Assembly (NCBI GenBank): GCA_017646015.1
Contig: JAGCNI010000031.1
Span: 7,813-71,812, forward strand
Reading direction: 5' to 3'
Length of the DNA stretch: 64,000 nucleotides
DNA from: Lentisphaeria bacterium
GTDB lineage: Bacteria; Verrucomicrobiota; Lentisphaeria; Victivallales; UBA1829
In this document: one piece after another, positions 45,730-57,027 of the stretch
Numbering within the stretch: the stretch's first letter is position 1
Layout of the letters: each line of letters begins with the position of its first letter
Position numbers and translations under genes: made by a program
Notes under the pieces: model-generated
Databases searched by the model: none
What the model was told of the DNA's origin: nothing
Seen by the model: only the letters and a program-made list of their open reading frames with translations

Positions 45730-46125
45730 TTATTTTTTCTTCGCGGGTGCATCAGCTTTCGGAGTCTTGGCTCCGTATTTGGAACGACCCTGTTTACGGC
45801 CTTCCACACCGAGACTGTCCAGCGCACCGCGAACAATATGATAGCGGACGCCAGGAAGGTCACGCACTCTTCCACCTTTGATCAGAACCACAGAGTGTTC
45901 CTGAAGGTTGTGTCCTTCGCCTCCGATATAAGCGGTTACTTCAACACCATTGGTAAGACGTACTCTTGCGATCTTACGCATAGCCGAGTTCGGCTTTTTC
46001 GGTGTTCTGGTTGTTACCTGCAGGCAAACGCCGCGTCTCTGCGGGCACTTCATGAGTGCCTTGGACTTGCTTTTCGCAACTTTAGAGCTGCGGCCCGATT
46101 TCACCAGTTGATTAATGGTCGGCAT
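45730..46125 (-). CDS. rpsL: 30S ribosomal protein S12
   Basis: [12 protein letters not shown]...[36 protein letters not shown] 46125 follows aaggaga; the track start at 46137 is GTG. Confidence 0.98.
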   Translation of the reverse strand: MPTINQLVKSGRSSKVAKSKSKALMKCPQRRGVCLQVTTRTPKKPNSAMRKIARVRLTNGVEVTAYIGGEGHNLQEHSVVLIKGGRVRDLPGVRYHIVRGALDSLGVEGRKQGRSKYGAKTPKADAPAKKK

Positions 46126-46179
46126 GTTCTCCTTCACCTATTCGCTTTGTTAGGGTTGATATTGACAAAACGGATATAT

Positions 46180-46207
46180 AATTTACAGCTCCGTTTGCAT
46201 TTTTCAA
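46180..46207 (-). promoter_or_regulatory. candidate internal promoter for rpsL-rpsG-fusA... (TTGAAA-N16-TAAATT)
   Basis: Read on the minus strand in the rpoC-rpsL spacer, downstream of the weak terminator. Confidence 0.3.
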
Positions 46208-46250
46208 CCAAAGATTAAAAATTTTTCTAAATTTTCTTTTTTTTGAGGCG

Positions 46251-46275
46251 GAAAAACCGTCCCCGGAGGGACGGT
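46251..46275 (-). terminator. stem-loop plus short U-run after rpoC (weak terminator/attenuator)
   Basis: The minus strand reads accgtccc-tccg-gggacggt, followed by ttttt. Confidence 0.45.
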
Positions 46276-46285
46276 ATCGTCCTTA

Positions 46286-49200
46286 TCAATCCTCGTTTTC
46301 GTAATTTTTCGAAGGATCGAATTCGCTATCATCGATCTCATCGTCGAAGCCGTCGTCCTCCATGGCATCATAGTCCTCGAAGTACTCATCATCCGCTTTT
46401 CCGATGAAATCATCATTGTCGTCGATTGCATCGTTATTGCTGAAGATTTCGGCATCCAATTCTTCGCTCAGGCTCATTGTGTCTGCATCATCACCGAAAT
46501 CAACATTTTCGATGGAATCATCTCTCCTGACTTTTTCTTCATCAGGCTGCGGACGTTCGATCTTGAGCTCGACTCCCAGTTTCTTCATATGAAGATTCTG
46601 GAATTTTTCTGCACCGGTACCGGCGGGGATCAAGTGACCTGTGATCACATTTTCCTTGAAACCGCGAAGGACATCCACTTTGCCCAGGGTTGCCGCATCG
46701 GTAAGGATGCGGGTCGTATCCTGGAAGGACGCCGAGGAAATAAAGCTTTCCGTTTCAAGGGACGCTTTCGCGATACCCTGAAGGACCGGTTCGCCTTCAG
46801 CCGGTCTGCGACCGAGTCTGCGGGCTTCTTCATTGGCATGATTGAATTCATAACGGTCAACCTGTTCGCCTGCCAGGAAGGGAGTGTCTCCCTGATCGAG
46901 AACGCGGACTTTCTGCATCATCTGCCGAATGATAATTTCAATATGTTTATCATTGATTTCCACACCCTGAGAGCGGTAAACTTTCTGGATCTCATTTACG
47001 ATATAACGCTGCAACTCATGAGCTCCGCAAATTTCCAGCAACTTCTGGGGTATGATAGAACCAACGGTCAATTTCTGACCTTTACGGACAAAATCACCTT
47101 TACCGACGATCAAATGTTTGGAGGTCGGGATATTGTGTTCTTCGAAGACATCTTTGTTATCCGGGTCACGGACGATGATGATCTGTCTGCCTTTGACGTT
47201 TTTGCCTTTATCGACGATACCATCGATACGTGCGATTTCGGCAACTTCTTTCGGCATACGAGCTTCGAACAACTCAGACACACGCGGGAGACCCCCGGTG
47301 ATATCGCGGTTTTTCTGCTGTGAACGGGGAACACGTGCCAAGGTCATACCGGGAACGACTTTTTCATCTCGTTTGACCATCAACAGAGCCCCTGTCGGCA
47401 GCGGATAGTTCGATATCAGATCACCGTTTTTATCATTGATCACGATCTGCGGGAGCAGGTCTTCGCGGTGTTCCATAACGGTCAATTCTTCGATACCGCC
47501 ACGTTCGCTGCGGTTCAGTGTCACCCCTTCGACGATATCATGCAGAGCCACAATACCTGTTTCTTCTGCAATGATCGGCATCTGATAAGCGTCCCAGGTT
47601 GCGATCTTTTCTTTCGGCTTGACCTTGTCGCCATCTTTCTTGAAGAGGATTGCACCGACTTCAGCCTGATAACGGTCGATTTCAGCATCTTTCACTGCAT
47701 CGGACCAGAAATCATAATCTGTGGCATAGGAGGAACCCATGACCAGTGCTTCCTGACGGACACGTTCACGTGCGAGAGCTTCAGCTTCTTTGGCTTTGGC
47801 TTCATCGTACACGACAATAAATCCGTTCTTGTTGACAACCAGAGTGTTGCCTTTCTGGTCAGTAACAAGACGCAGGTTTTCAAAGCGGATCGTACCAGCC
47901 TGACGGGCAGTGATGACAGGTTCTTTACCACCCCCGGAGGAAATACCCCCGATGTGGAATGTTCTCATTGTCAACTGAGTACCCGGTTCACCGATGGACT
48001 GAGCGGCAATAATACCGAGAGCATCACCGATTTCAGCATCTTTATCTGTTGCCAGGTTCCGACCGTAGCATTTCACGCAGACACCATGTTCGATGTCGCA
48101 GGTCAGAACGGAACGGATCAGAACTTTGGTAATTCCGCGTTTTTCGATCAAATCTGCTTTTTCCGGAGTGAATTCTTCTCCGGCGCGAATGATATAACTG
48201 CCATCCGTTTTAGCAGGGTCACGGATGTCCTGTGCGCTGTAACGACCGAGCAGACGGGCTTTCAGCGGCAGCATGATATCATCACCGTCAACGATTGCTT
48301 CCACATAGATACCTTTGAGAGTTCCGCAATCATCACTGCGGCAGATGATATCCTGAGCAACGTCAACGAGCTTACGGGTCATGTAACCGGAGTCAGCAGT
48401 TTTCAGAGCGGTATCAGCCAAACCTTTACGTGCCCCGTGGGTACTGATGAAGTATTCCAACACGGTAAGACCTTCACGGAAACTGGAAAGAATCGGACGT
48501 TCGATAATTTCACCGGACGGTTTGGTCATCAGACCGCGCATACCGGCAAGCTGTTTGATCTGGTCCTTACTTCCGCGGGCTCCGGAGTCAAGCATGGCGT
48601 AAACAGGGTTGATTTCTTTACGGCTGGCTTCTTCGACTTCCTTGGTCAATTCATCAGCAACTGTATTCGCGGTTTTGGTCCATGCGTCAACGATCTGGTT
48701 GTGACGTTCTCCGACGGTCAGGAACCCATCATCGTACTTGGAATTGATCTCATCAATCATTTCACGGGTACTCTGAACCAGTTCCGCTTTCCGTTTCGGG
48801 ATCAACATATCCGCAACAGAGATGGAGAATCCGGCAACAGTTGCATATTTGTAACCGAGGTTTTTCAATTTATCAAGAAGATCGATCGTTTTATCATGAC
48901 CGGTATGCTGATAAGCTTCTGCGATCAAACGACCGATATCTTTCTTTTTAGCGATTCCGTTGTAGAATCCGAGGCAGGGATCCCAGATTTGGTTGAAAAT
49001 GCAACGTCCCGGTGTGGTGACAATGAACTTTTCAGTTGCATTACCACGGGGAGTTTCAGTTCCATAGTCCGGGTTCGGGATCTTGATTGCATCATGGATC
49101 TTGAGATAACCGGTATCCATTGCAAAAAGAACTTCATGAATATCTTTGAATGCACGGATACGTTCTTTGTTACGCGGTTCACAAGTCAGATAATAAACCC

Positions 49201-50746
49201 CGAGGGTGATATCCTGTGTCGGAGTAGCAATCGGTTTCCCGTTGGCAGGTGAAAAGATGTTGTTGGAAGAAAGCATCAGCAGTTTGCATTCCAACTGAGC
49301 TGCCGGGGAAAGCGGAACGTGAACAGCCATCTGGTCACCGTCGAAGTCAGCGTTGTAAGCAGTACAGACCAACGGATGAAGACGGATAGCAGAACCTTCG
49401 ATCAGGATCGGATCAAATGCCTGAATACTCAAACGGTGCAGTGTAGGTGCACGGTTCAGCATCACAGGATGTCCTTTGGTAACTTTTTCCAGAATATCCC
49501 AGACTTCCGGGGTTGCGCGTTCGATCAGTTTCTTTGCACCGCGGACAGTATGTGCTTCTCCACTATCTTTGAGGTGACGGATGATGAACGGTTCAAACAG
49601 GATCAGAGCCATCTTCTTGGGAAGACCGCACTGCATCAATTTCAGTTCAGGTCCGACAACGATCACGGAACGTCCGGAGTAGTCAACACGTTTACCGAGC
49701 AAGTTCTGACGGAAACGACCCTGTTTACCTTTGAGCATATCGCTCAAGCTCTTCAGGGCACGGTTGCCGGCACCGGTAACAGGTCTGCCGTGACGACCAT
49801 TATCCATCAATGCATCAACAGCTTCCTGCAACATACGTTTTTCATTCCGGATGATCACCTCCGGTGTACGCAGCTGCAGCAGGTTCTTCAAACGGCTGTT
49901 ACGGTTGATCACACGACGATAGAGATCATTCAAGTCAGATGTCGCAAAACGACCACCTTCCAGAGGAACCAGGGGACGCAGATCCGGCGGAATCACCGGA
50001 AGAACTTCCATGATCATCCATTCAGGACGGGATCCGCTCTTGAGAAATCCTTCCACCAGACGCAGACGTTTGGAAAGTTTTTTACGGGTTGCTTTGTTAT
50101 TGGTGCTGGTAAGCAGGACTTCCAACTCAGCGTGCAATGTTTCAAGATCAATATTCTGAAGCAGAGTACGGATCGCCGGAGCACCCATTTCAGCCACAAA
50201 AGCATCCCCGTATTCATCACGGGCCTGCTGATAGTTGATATCATCCAAAGAATCACCGAGCTTCAACGGAGTATCACCCGGATCCACAACGACCCAGTCT
50301 TCATAATAGATAATCCGTTCAAGTGTACGGGCTGTCATATCCAACATCAAACCGATACGGCTGGGCATACATTTGAAGAACCAGATATGAGATACCGGAA
50401 CTGCAAGTTCAATATGACCCATGCGTTCACGTCTGACTTTCGCCTGAGTGACTTCAACACCGCAACGGTCGCAGATGATGCCTTTATTCTTTACACGTTT
50501 ATATTTACCGCAGGAACATTCCCAGTCTTTTTGGGGACCAAAAATCCGTTCACAGAAGAGACCGCCTTTTTCAGGCTTGAAACTTCTGTAATTGATCGTT
50601 TCCGGATTTTTGACTTCTCCATGACTCCAGGAACGTATGACTTCCGGAGATGCAACTTTGATCGTTACAACTTCAAAAGCATTCATTCCGGAAAGCTGCT
50701 GAGCTGTCATTTCCTTGCTGTTATAGCTATTGTCAATCACTTTCAT
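46286..50746 (-). CDS. rpoC: DNA-directed RNA polymerase subunit beta' (with long acidic C-terminal tail)
   Basis: Zinc-binding region [23 protein letters not shown] and the catalytic motif [12 protein letters not shown]. The 1486-aa protein is colinear with beta'. Confidence 0.98.
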   Translation of the reverse strand: MKVIDNSYNSKEMTAQQLSGMNAFEVVTIKVASPEVIRSWSHGEVKNPETINYRSFKPEKGGLFCERIFGPQKDWECSCGKYKRVKNKGIICDRCGVEVTQAKVRRERMGHIELAVPVSHIWFFKCMPSRIGLMLDMTARTLERIIYYEDWVVVDPGDTPLKLGDSLDDINYQQARDEYGDAFVAEMGAPAIRTLLQNIDLETLHAELEVLLTSTNNKATRKKLSKRLRLVEGFLKSGSRPEWMIMEVLPVIPPDLRPLVPLEGGRFATSDLNDLYRRVINRNSRLKNLLQLRTPEVIIRNEKRMLQEAVDALMDNGRHGRPVTGAGNRALKSLSDMLKGKQGRFRQNLLGKRVDYSGRSVIVVGPELKLMQCGLPKKMALILFEPFIIRHLKDSGEAHTVRGAKKLIERATPEVWDILEKVTKGHPVMLNRAPTLHRLSIQAFDPILIEGSAIRLHPLVCTAYNADFDGDQMAVHVPLSPAAQLECKLLMLSSNNIFSPANGKPIATPTQDITLGVYYLTCEPRNKERIRAFKDIHEVLFAMDTGYLKIHDAIKIPNPDYGTETPRGNATEKFIVTTPGRCIFNQIWDPCLGFYNGIAKKKDIGRLIAEAYQHTGHDKTIDLLDKLKNLGYKYATVAGFSISVADMLIPKRKAELVQSTREMIDEINSKYDDGFLTVGERHNQIVDAWTKTANTVADELTKEVEEASRKEINPVYAMLDSGARGSKDQIKQLAGMRGLMTKPSGEIIERPILSSFREGLTVLEYFISTHGARKGLADTALKTADSGYMTRKLVDVAQDIICRSDDCGTLKGIYVEAIVDGDDIMLPLKARLLGRYSAQDIRDPAKTDGSYIIRAGEEFTPEKADLIEKRGITKVLIRSVLTCDIEHGVCVKCYGRNLATDKDAEIGDALGIIAAQSIGEPGTQLTMRTFHIGGISSGGGKEPVITARQAGTIRFENLRLVTDQKGNTLVVNKNGFIVVYDEAKAKEAEALARERVRQEALVMGSSYATDYDFWSDAVKDAEIDRYQAEVGAILFKKDGDKVKPKEKIATWDAYQMPIIAEETGIVALHDIVEGVTLNRSERGGIEELTVMEHREDLLPQIVINDKNGDLISNYPLPTGALLMVKRDEKVVPGMTLARVPRSQQKNRDITGGLPRVSELFEARMPKEVAEIARIDGIVDKGKNVKGRQIIIVRDPDNKDVFEEHNIPTSKHLIVGKGDFVRKGQKLTVGSIIPQKLLEICGAHELQRYIVNEIQKVYRSQGVEINDKHIEIIIRQMMQKVRVLDQGDTPFLAGEQVDRYEFNHANEEARRLGRRPAEGEPVLQGIAKASLETESFISSASFQDTTRILTDAATLGKVDVLRGFKENVITGHLIPAGTGAEKFQNLHMKKLGVELKIERPQPDEEKVRRDDSIENVDFGDDADTMSLSEELDAEIFSNNDAIDDNDDFIGKADDEYFEDYDAMEDDGFDDEIDDSEFDPSKNYENED

Positions 50747-50761
50747 TTCCTCCGGTTATGA

Positions 50762-53700
50762 TTATTTCGGAGACTCTGTCCGCTTGACGGTGCGGACATC
50801 GAGACCCAGACTCTGCATTTCTTTGAGCAGAACGTTGAAGGATTCGGGACGACCTGCATCAAGAATGTTTTTACCCATGACAATGGATTCATAAATCCGG
50901 GTACGACCTGTAGTATCGTCACTCTTGACAGTCAACATTTCCTGCAATGCATGTGCGGCACCGTATGCTTCCAGAGCCCACACTTCCATTTCCCCGAAAC
51001 GCTGACCCCCATGCTGTGCTTTACCGCCGAGCGGCTGCTGTGTGACCAGAGAGTAAGGTCCGACTGCACGGGCATGGATCTTGTTGGCAACCAGGTGGTC
51101 AAGTTTCAACATGTAGATCTGACCGACCATAACACGCTGGTCAAACTTGTCACCGGTACGACCGTCAAATACGTCGGTCTTACCATCCCATTCACTGACG
51201 CCATTCCGCATACGGAAGCCCCAGTTATAATCTTTACCGCTCTTTTCGTTGGCTTCTTTCATCAGCTCAACGATCTTTTCTTCCGTAATACCATCGAACA
51301 CAGGTGTGGCTACTTTGATACCGAGCATTTTGGCTGCCCAGCCCAAATGTGTTTCCAAAACCTGACCGATGTTCATTCGGGACGGCACGCCCAGCGGATT
51401 GAGAACAATGTCAACCGGTGTACCATCTTTCAGGAACGGCATATCTTCAACAGGAACAATTCGGGAAACAATACCTTTGTTACCGTGGCGTCCTGCCATC
51501 TTGTCACCAACCTGGATCTTCCGTTTGGATGCAACATAAACTTTGACATTCTTGATCGTTCCGGTTTCATCAGAAACTCCACTTTCAAGAGCTGCCAACT
51601 GTTCATCACGGTTGCGGACCAGATTATCAAAAAGCGGTTTGAAGGTGTCAATGATCTTCATGATCGCATCTTTGGTCGGGCAGTCTTCCATACGGAAAGA
51701 ATCATACTGGTTTGCCAGTTTGTTGATGGAAGGACGTGTGACCTTGCGGTTGGAAGAAATCAGAACGGCATCCGCTTTGGCTGAGGTTGCATCGTAAATC
51801 GGACACGGCAGTTTCTGCTGGAACAAAATTGCAGACAGTTTTTCTGCCAGATCTTCAACCAGTGCAGAACGCTGTTCTTTGAAATTGTCCTTCACATGCT
51901 TGGTCTGTTTCTTGCGTTCCTGATTGGTCATATTCTGACGGTTCGGATCTTTTGCATATTTGATGCGGACATCCATAACAATACCGCCTTTGCCACTCTG
52001 GACATACAAGCTGGAATCTTTGACATCAGCAGCTTTTTCACCGAAAATCGCACGCAAAAGACGTTCTTCAGGGGCAAGTTCTGTTTCAGATTTCGGTGTG
52101 ATCTTACCCACCAGAATGTCACCCGGTTTGACTTCTGCACCAAGACGGACAACCCCGTCAACACCAAGATTCTTCAGCAGATCATCACTGACGTTCGGAA
52201 TATCACAGGTGATTTCTTCCGGACCCAGTTTCGTATCTCGGCTGGTGATCTCAAATTCATCAATATGAATACTGGTGTAAACGTCTTCTTTGACCAAACG
52301 TTCACTGAGAACAATAGCGTCTTCGAAGTTATATCCGCACCACGGCATAAATGCCACAAATACGTTCTTACCGAGAGCAAGTTCTCCCTGATCAGTAGCA
52401 GCACCGTCAGCAATGGAATCACCCGCTTTGATCACCTGTCCGCGTTTGACGATCGGACGCTGATTGATGCAGGTACCCGCATTGGTACGAAGGAATTTGA
52501 CCAGTTTATAAATCTGCGGATTCGCATCAGCAGTTTCTGCCAACGGTTTACCATCAGTTGTTGTAACAACCTGAGCAGCAGAAACTTCAGCAACAATACC
52601 ATCCGCACGGGCGGAGGTAACAGCACGGGAGTCAACTGCAACTTTGCGTTCCATACCGGTTCCGACATACGGAGATTCCGGAATCAGCAAAGGCACCCCC
52701 TGACGCTGCATGTTCGATCCCATCAACGCACGGTTCGCGTCGTCATGTTCAAGGAACGGGATCAGAGAAGCAGCACCACTGACAAGCTGTTTCGGAGAAA
52801 CGTCCATATACTGCACTTCAGCTGTCGGACGTTCGGCAGATTCCCCGTAAAGACGGGACATAGCCATCGGATTGACAAAACGTCCTTCCGCATCCAGAGG
52901 AGCATTCGCCTGTGCAATGATAAACTGTTCTTCTTTATCTGCAGTCAGATAATCAATATCATCAGTCACTTTTCCGTCCACAACACGGCGGTACGGAGTT
53001 TCCAGGAAACCATATTCATTGATACGGGAATACAGTGCCATGGAGGAGATCAGACCGATGTTCGGACCTTCAGGAGTTTCAATCGGGCAGATACGTCCAT
53101 AGTGACTGGTGTGAACGTCGCGGACTTCAAATCCGGCACGATCACGGCTGAGACCGCCGGGACCGAGAGCACTGAGACGACGTTTATTCGTCAATTCAGA
53201 AAGCGGATTGGTCTGATCCATGAACTGGGACAGCTGATTTCTTGCGAAGAAATCACGAATCACACTGCTGAACGCTTTGGTACTGATCAGTTTGCCCGGA
53301 GTAAATGTATTGGCTTCCGGATTCTGCTGAGTACTCATTTTTTCGCGAATCAGACGGTCTGTGCGGTAGAGACCGACGCGGCAATGATTCTGCAGGAGTT
53401 CACCGACAGTACGCACACGACGGTTGCCAAGATGATCGATATCATCTGTGGGAAGAGCTTTGTTCCGCATCTTCATCAACATCTTGGTTGCTTCCATCAG
53501 ATCTTTTTTATCAAGAGTTCTGAGGGTCAGCGGGAAATCAAGACCGAGACGTTCATTGAGTTTGAAACGCCCAACTGTTCCGAGGTCATAACGTTTATTT
53601 TCAAAGAAAAGGCGTTTGATGAGGAGCTTTGCGTTATTCACGCTCGGCGGATCACTGGGACGCATTTTCTTATAGATTTCACGCAGAGCATCTTCCGGTG

Positions 53701-54574
53701 TTTTGGAAGGATCCCGTGCGATACAGTTGATCAAATAATGATCCCCGTCAGGAATATAGGCCAAATCAACACTTTTGACTTTGGAATCACTCAACAGTTT
53801 CACATGGGTATCGTCCAGCTGCTGGCACTCATCAATAAGCAGAGCTCCATCCGGTGAATAAACAGGTTCAATAGTATGGAATACAGAAACATCCTGTTGT
53901 TTGAGGAGCTGTGCAGGCGTCATATTTTTGATTTCATAAGCAGCACTGAGCATTTCACGGTTTGTTTCAAAACCGATAGCTCTCAAGAATGTAGAAATCA
54001 AGAATTTACGCCGGCGACGCTGGCGGTCGAGATAGATATAAATCAAATCGTTGACATCGAACTGGACTTCCATCCAGGAGCCGCGATCCGGAATAATTCT
54101 ATAGGAATAAAGACTCCGTCCGCTGGAATGCCGGGTCTTTTCATAGCAGATTCCGGGGGAGCGGTGGAGCTGACTGATGATTACACGTTCGGCACCATTG
54201 ATGATAAAAGTCCCGCGTTCAGTCATCATCGGGATTTCACTCAAGGGCACTATTTCATTAAATACCGCATCTTTTACGGTCAAATTGAATTCGACATTCA
54301 AAGATGCCTGATATGATAAACCGTCTTTAATACAATCGACTACATCTTCTTTAGGAGGAGTGATGTAATATGCGACAAACTCCAAGGACATTTGTTTATC
54401 GAAGCTTTCGATGGGGAAAACTTCGTTGAAAACCTCTTGGAGGCCTTGATTTTTTCTCTGTTTCGGGTCGGTGTCCATCTGGAGAAAGGATTTGTAAGAT
54501 TCGATCTGACTTCCGATCAGATCCGGAATCTCCAGCACTTCTCTCAATTGTCCAAAATTAACACGTTCAAGCAT
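50762..54574 (-). CDS. rpoB: DNA-directed RNA polymerase subunit beta
   Basis: Rif-cluster-like FFARNQLSQFMDQTNPLSELTNKRRLSALGPGGL, then GRHGNKGIVSRI and the C-terminal EMEVWALEAYGAAHALQE. Confidence 0.98.
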   Translation of the reverse strand: MLERVNFGQLREVLEIPDLIGSQIESYKSFLQMDTDPKQRKNQGLQEVFNEVFPIESFDKQMSLEFVAYYITPPKEDVVDCIKDGLSYQASLNVEFNLTVKDAVFNEIVPLSEIPMMTERGTFIINGAERVIISQLHRSPGICYEKTRHSSGRSLYSYRIIPDRGSWMEVQFDVNDLIYIYLDRQRRRRKFLISTFLRAIGFETNREMLSAAYEIKNMTPAQLLKQQDVSVFHTIEPVYSPDGALLIDECQQLDDTHVKLLSDSKVKSVDLAYIPDGDHYLINCIARDPSKTPEDALREIYKKMRPSDPPSVNNAKLLIKRLFFENKRYDLGTVGRFKLNERLGLDFPLTLRTLDKKDLMEATKMLMKMRNKALPTDDIDHLGNRRVRTVGELLQNHCRVGLYRTDRLIREKMSTQQNPEANTFTPGKLISTKAFSSVIRDFFARNQLSQFMDQTNPLSELTNKRRLSALGPGGLSRDRAGFEVRDVHTSHYGRICPIETPEGPNIGLISSMALYSRINEYGFLETPYRRVVDGKVTDDIDYLTADKEEQFIIAQANAPLDAEGRFVNPMAMSRLYGESAERPTAEVQYMDVSPKQLVSGAASLIPFLEHDDANRALMGSNMQRQGVPLLIPESPYVGTGMERKVAVDSRAVTSARADGIVAEVSAAQVVTTTDGKPLAETADANPQIYKLVKFLRTNAGTCINQRPIVKRGQVIKAGDSIADGAATDQGELALGKNVFVAFMPWCGYNFEDAIVLSERLVKEDVYTSIHIDEFEITSRDTKLGPEEITCDIPNVSDDLLKNLGVDGVVRLGAEVKPGDILVGKITPKSETELAPEERLLRAIFGEKAADVKDSSLYVQSGKGGIVMDVRIKYAKDPNRQNMTNQERKKQTKHVKDNFKEQRSALVEDLAEKLSAILFQQKLPCPIYDATSAKADAVLISSNRKVTRPSINKLANQYDSFRMEDCPTKDAIMKIIDTFKPLFDNLVRNRDEQLAALESGVSDETGTIKNVKVYVASKRKIQVGDKMAGRHGNKGIVSRIVPVEDMPFLKDGTPVDIVLNPLGVPSRMNIGQVLETHLGWAAKMLGIKVATPVFDGITEEKIVELMKEANEKSGKDYNWGFRMRNGVSEWDGKTDVFDGRTGDKFDQRVMVGQIYMLKLDHLVANKIHARAVGPYSLVTQQPLGGKAQHGGQRFGEMEVWALEAYGAAHALQEMLTVKSDDTTGRTRIYESIVMGKNILDAGRPESFNVLLKEMQSLGLDVRTVKRTESPK

Positions 54575-54695
54575 TATTCCACCCTGTCATTGTGGTTGGC
54601 ATGAGCTGACTTTGCGCAACGTTGCCATTGTTCACAGCATACGCAATCCGCGGGCGGCCTATTAACCACGGATTTATATATAAAAACACAAACAG

Positions 54696-54745
54696 GCGGA
54701 AATTCTCTCCCATCTTATTCATTGAGAAATGAGAGAGAATTCCGC
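54696..54745 (-). promoter_or_regulatory. long stem-loop plus U-rich tract in rplL-rpoB spacer (candidate attenuator)
   Basis: gcggaattctctc pairs with gagagaa(a)ttccgc, about 13 bp with one bulge. On the minus strand ctgtttgtgttttt follows. Confidence 0.35.
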
Positions 54746-54750
54746 GATAA

Positions 54751-54775
54751 GAATACCGGCAATGAATACCGGCAA
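54751..54775. repeat. 12-nt direct repeat gaataccggcaa x2 separated by 1 nt
   Basis: Read directly at 54751-54762 and 54764-54775, immediately 3' of the rplL stop on the minus strand. Confidence 0.9.
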
Positions 54776-54780
54776 GTCGA

Positions 54781-55188
54781 TTACTTGACTTCGACTTTAG
54801 CACCAGCTGCTTCGAGCTGTTTCTTGATATTAGCTGCTTCGTCTTTGGAAACGCCTTCTTTAACGGGTTTCGGGCAACCTTCGACGAGTTCTTTAGCTTC
54901 TTTCAGACCAAGACCAGTGATTGCACGGACTTCTTTGATCACGTTCACTTTGCTTGCGCCCATATCAGTCAGGATGACTGAGAATTCGGTCTGTTCTTCA
55001 GCGGCTTCAGCAGCGGGAGCGGCACCGGCAGCGACAGCTGCGACAGCGACCGGAGCAGCAGCGCTGACACCGAGACGATCTTCAAGAGCTTTCACCAGCT
55101 TGGAGAGTTCGAGGACAGACAGTTTTTCGACATAGGAAATGAACTGTTCCATTTCCTGCGAAACTTCAACGTTAGCTTGTTCAGACAT
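54781..55188 (-). CDS. rplL: 50S ribosomal protein L7/L12
   Basis: There is an Ala-rich hinge, then [34 protein letters not shown]...K..LE.AGA.V. Confidence 0.98.
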   Translation of the reverse strand: MSEQANVEVSQEMEQFISYVEKLSVLELSKLVKALEDRLGVSAAAPVAVAAVAAGAAPAAEAAEEQTEFSVILTDMGASKVNVIKEVRAITGLGLKEAKELVEGCPKPVKEGVSKDEAANIKKQLEAAGAKVEVK

Positions 55189-55221
55189 TTAAAAACCTCC
55201 GAGTATATGTTCAAATTTGTT

Positions 55222-55770
55222 TCAATTGGCTTCTTTTTCAAGCGTGTTTTTGTAAGCATTGACATCATTGACAATGCTTGTGACTTTTGCATTAAGCACT
55301 CTGACAAGTCCAGTCGGAACCGCATTGAGCAAGCCGAGCAACTGTGCACGGAGAGCATCTTTGGACGGCAGAGCAGCGATTGCAAGGACATCATCCTTAC
55401 TGAGGATGGCTCCGTCATAGAAACCGGCTTTGGGAGCAAGGACTTCCTTGGAGGATTTCATGAAATCCTGGATAGCCTTTGCGACCTGACCGGCATCTCC
55501 CTTGCCGACGACCACGGCGGTATCGCCTGTGAGTTTCAGTTCAGCAAGAGCGGTCATACCATTGGATTCTGCAACTTTGCGGATCAAACGATTCTTGAGA
55601 ACATGACATTCTGCTTCACATTTTGCGAGGGAATCGCGGAAAGCATTGAGTTCTTTGTTCTTGAGACCTTTGTATGTCACAAAGTAGATATAATCTGCAC
55701 CGACGAGGAGCTTGGCGACATCGTCAAACATCTGGATCTTTTCAGATCTTCTGGTTCTTTCGTTAGTCAT
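55222..55770 (-). CDS. rplJ: 50S ribosomal protein L10
   Basis: Its position between rplA and rplL and the sequence ...YKGL....L..FR......C...V.KN.L fit L10. The SD aaggag overlaps the rplA stop. Confidence 0.93.
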   Translation of the reverse strand: MTNERTRRSEKIQMFDDVAKLLVGADYIYFVTYKGLKNKELNAFRDSLAKCEAECHVLKNRLIRKVAESNGMTALAELKLTGDTAVVVGKGDAGQVAKAIQDFMKSSKEVLAPKAGFYDGAILSKDDVLAIAALPSKDALRAQLLGLLNAVPTGLVRVLNAKVTSIVNDVNAYKNTLEKEAN

Positions 55771-55773
55771 ATT

Positions 55774-56478
55774 TTACTCCTTCGTAGCAAGGGTGCGAGC
55801 ATCAATCTTGATACCGGGCGTCATTGTGGCAGAGATGGTGCAGCTGAGGAAATAAACCCCTTTAGCTGAAGCCGGTTTTGCCTTAACGAGCGCTTTCACA
55901 AGAGCGTTGCAGTTTTCAACGATGTCTTCCGCTTTGAAAGAGAGCTTGCCAACGGGAACCTGCACACAAGCACCTTTGTCTGCTCTGAATTCGACACGAC
56001 CTGCTTTTGCTTCAGCAACAGCAGCGCCGATTTTTTCAGTAACAGTACCGGTCTTGGGATTAGGCATCAAACCTTTGGGACCAAGCTGACGTCCGAGGGG
56101 ACGCACTTTCGGCATTGCGGAAGGAGTTGCAATGAGAACATCAAAGTCAACCCAACCACCTTTGATTTTTTCAATAAGATCATCGTATCCGAAGAAGTCT
56201 GCGCCTGCATCCTGAGCTTCTTTCTGAAGTTCAACGCTGTCTGTGATGACACAGACGGAAACAGTTTTACCGGTTCCTTTGGGAAGCGGCAGTGCGCCAC
56301 GGACGGTCTGGTCCGTCTGCTTCGGATCGACACCAAGCCGGAAAGACATTTCAACTGTCTGATCGAACTTGGGAGTCGGCAGCTCTTTGAGGAGAGCGAC
56401 TGCATCGTTCAGGTTCAACTGAACGGACTTGTCGATCTTCGCAAGCTGGGCTCTGTAAAGTTTACTTTTCTTACCCAT
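55774..56478 (-). CDS. rplA: 50S ribosomal protein L1
   Basis: [22 protein letters not shown]...[20 protein letters not shown]. Confidence 0.98.
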   Translation of the reverse strand: MGKKSKLYRAQLAKIDKSVQLNLNDAVALLKELPTPKFDQTVEMSFRLGVDPKQTDQTVRGALPLPKGTGKTVSVCVITDSVELQKEAQDAGADFFGYDDLIEKIKGGWVDFDVLIATPSAMPKVRPLGRQLGPKGLMPNPKTGTVTEKIGAAVAEAKAGRVEFRADKGACVQVPVGKLSFKAEDIVENCNALVKALVKAKPASAKGVYFLSCTISATMTPGIKIDARTLATKE

Positions 56479-56899
56479 CTACCACCTCAATCCCCATGCT
56501 GCGAGCGGTACCTTCGATGATTCTCATCGCTGCCTCTTCGCTGCGGGCGTTGATGTCGTTCTTCTTCATCTGCACAATCTGCTTGATCTGGGAGCGAGTG
56601 ATGGAACCGGCTTTTTCACGACCGGGAGCCTTGGCACCACTTGCCAGATTTGCCAGCTTCTTAATAAGGACAGGAGCCGGCGGAGATTTGGTGATGAAGG
56701 TAAAAGAACGATCCTGGTAAACGGTAATCACCACCGGAACGATCATTCCGGCCTGTGACTGTGTCGCTGCGTTGAATTGCTTGCAGAATTCCATGATGTT
56801 CACGCCGGCCTGACCGAGAGCGGGACCGACAGGAGGTGCGGGGTTAGCTGCACCTGCGGGAATCTGCAAACGAATCTCCGCTGTTACCTTTTTCGCCAT
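56471..56899 (-). CDS. rplK: 50S ribosomal protein L11
   Basis: [45 protein letters not shown] 56899 follows ggagga; the track ORF is an upstream extension. Confidence 0.98.
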   Translation of the reverse strand: MAKKVTAEIRLQIPAGAANPAPPVGPALGQAGVNIMEFCKQFNAATQSQAGMIVPVVITVYQDRSFTFITKSPPAPVLIKKLANLASGAKAPGREKAGSITRSQIKQIVQMKKNDINARSEEAAMRIIEGTARSMGIEVVDG

Positions 56900-56916
56900 T
56901 TGTTCCTCCATACTTC

Positions 56917-56955
56917 GCAATGTGGTGCGATTGACAGGATCTCTCCCACATTTGC
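56917..56955 (-). promoter_or_regulatory. stem-loop in the rplK 5' leader (candidate L1 autoregulatory structure)
   Basis: The minus strand reads gcaa(a)tgtgg-gagagatcctgtcaatcgca-ccacattgc. It ends about 17 nt before the rplK ATG. Confidence 0.3.
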
Positions 56956-57027
56956 GTCGTCAACTTTTATAAGAAATGAGTCATCCGCGGAAGTAATCTT
57001 CCGACGGCCTGTCATAACTCCTGAAAA

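Noticed and set aside
46204-46455. 83-aa minus-strand ORF overlapping the rpoC 3' end and the spacer.
   Set aside because: It is out of frame with the rpoC acidic tail, runs across the terminator hairpin, and has Met/Ser/Thr-rich nonsense composition.
47468-53857. 594-aa, 480-aa and 653-aa plus-strand ORFs inside rpoC and rpoB (47468..49252, 49319..50761, 51896..53857).
   Set aside because: They are shadow frames of the two most conserved genes in the window.
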